64,000 bases of DNA from positions 1 through 64,000 of the forward strand of contig NIVC01002722.1 in NCBI GenBank assembly GCA_002269645.1, in the 5' to 3' direction. Source of the DNA: Macrostomum lignano (lineage: Eukaryota). This document shows, one piece after another, positions 62,548 to 64,000 of this stretch. Position 1 is the first letter of the stretch. Every line of letters begins with the position of its first letter. Under the pieces are notes generated by a model. That model was not told the origin of the DNA, did no database searches, and saw only the letters and a list, made by a program, of their open reading frames with translations. The translations under genes and the position numbers were made by a program.

Positions 62548-63550
62548 ACGTAACCCTGGCTGCAGAAAAACGCCTGTTCTAATTCCCCTGGGCTGTGCCG
62601 CTGAAAGGTACAGCCGCTAGGCGTCATCCCTTAGACTTTGTCTGGTAGTTGACGTTTGCGTCCGAGATCCCATCATCTAGACAGCGGGCCCCGCGGTTAT
62701 GTTTGAAGATACACGCCAGAGGCGCGGCTGCCACCAACACCGCAGCAGGGAGTACATGTACACCTCGGGAAAAACTGTCACTAACGATACGGGACACCCC
62801 GGTCTGTAACAGACGAGGATTCTTGAACCCAACTGTACTAGAAATGGCCGACTAAGGGACTGTATACGAGGCACACAAGGACCGCTGTCTATGTCAGTGC
62901 TGGAAATGAGGACTTTTAAATAGAGAAGGGTTCTTTTAGCTCGTGAGAGGTTTTAGACTACAATTCCCTCCTTGAGCCCCAGGATTCCAAAAATGGATAA
63001 TAGATAACGCCATCTTAATTTTTTTCCTCCTATACATAGATGGGTTCGATGCTGTATTGGCTGGGGAAATGCAGGTCCTAGAGCTCACTCGTGATAATTC
63101 GGCTCATACTATGTAATCTTCCACTTAGCTCTGATCCTCAGCAAGACCTTCCAGACGCGGCCGACGGCCAGGGGCTGTTTGGCCTGCGTGGTCGTCGGAT
63201 GGTCATGGCGGCGGCTGCAGTCACGGATAACCTCCGTCCAGATGAGACGCGTCAGGAGGTCAAAGCCAAGGGAAGTTCAGCTCAGCACCGAAAAGGGAGA
63301 ACGGGCTCCGAACGGTTGTTACAGCTCCAAAGGGGGGAAAAGGAAACAAAAGGGGAAGGAAACGGTCTGTGAACATAGAACGTTGCCTCTCAGAGCTCAA
63401 AACAGCTCTTATTTATAGCCCTGAGATCACGCGTCACGCGATTACGTAAGCGTGATGCGTGATTTTGAAAGCCGTGACTTGTCCTTGACCTCCGTTACCG
63501 AGCAGCCCTGATGACGTCACCCGTCAGTCGTCGCGCTGTGATTGGACGAG
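62548..63550. repeat. Contiguous copy of repeat blocks A+B
   Basis: Homologous to 15560-15855 followed immediately by homology to 20150-21390. Confidence 0.72.
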
Positions 63551-64000
63551 AAATTGGGGTATAGCGCGCAGCAGAGAAAAACGATTTATGATGGGGTATT
63601 ACGTACCAGGCAGGAAAAGATTTTGGAGATAGGGGGGAGGTCATAAAACTGTCACACGCATGAATGATTTGGAACAGAATGAATAATCCTATAGCTTGCT
63701 GGCAAATATCGGTTGGCTACTAAAAACTGACAAAATTCTACTAGAAAATTTCCTGAGACTGACTGAGAAGATTTTTCTGCCTATCAAGTGCAATGGGAGC
63801 TGCGCATGTTTAAGCATACAGATGCCAACACAGCAGCCCCAGTTCCCATCAAATTAAGCAACAGTTCCCCACTGACTAAGTACTCAACACACACTTTGCC
63901 AACTTTGCGTAATCCTTGAGCTAGCCCATAAAGTCAACTAAAATCGGTCAACTGAGCTTGAGTAAGTCCATGCATACAAATGAGCCCGCCAGCTAATTGA

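Overview
Eukaryotic (invertebrate-looking, intron-containing, minisatellite-rich; a flatworm such as Macrostomum is only a guess) genomic DNA. The main feature is a complete 10,742-bp integrated Polinton/Maverick (adintovirus-like) element at 3697-14438. It has ~333-bp terminal inverted repeats and a perfect 6-bp target-site duplication (GACGCC). All its genes are on the minus strand: Fic AMPylase, PC4-like ORF, unknown ORF, unknown/SSB-like ORF, a divergent TATA-binding-protein-like ORF, two core/membrane-lytic-type proteins, a conserved Polinton ORF, chromodomain integrase, minor and major capsid proteins, adenain-like protease and packaging ATPase. The ORFs tile the interior, leaving no room for the protein-primed DNA polymerase B that normally defines Polintons. 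An exact TATAAATA motif lies upstream of most of its genes. The rest of the window holds four host genes: SLC25A11-like 2-oxoglutarate carrier, a VGLUT-like SLC17 transporter with an apparently charge-reversed substrate site, an ephexin-type DH-PH-SH3 RhoGEF and an espin/forked-like gene. It also holds decayed LINEs, a Penelope GIY-YIG fragment with a minimal hammerhead ribozyme, a tRNA-derived SINE family, MITEs and many tandem repeats. All assignments were made by eye from motifs; no database searches were run.
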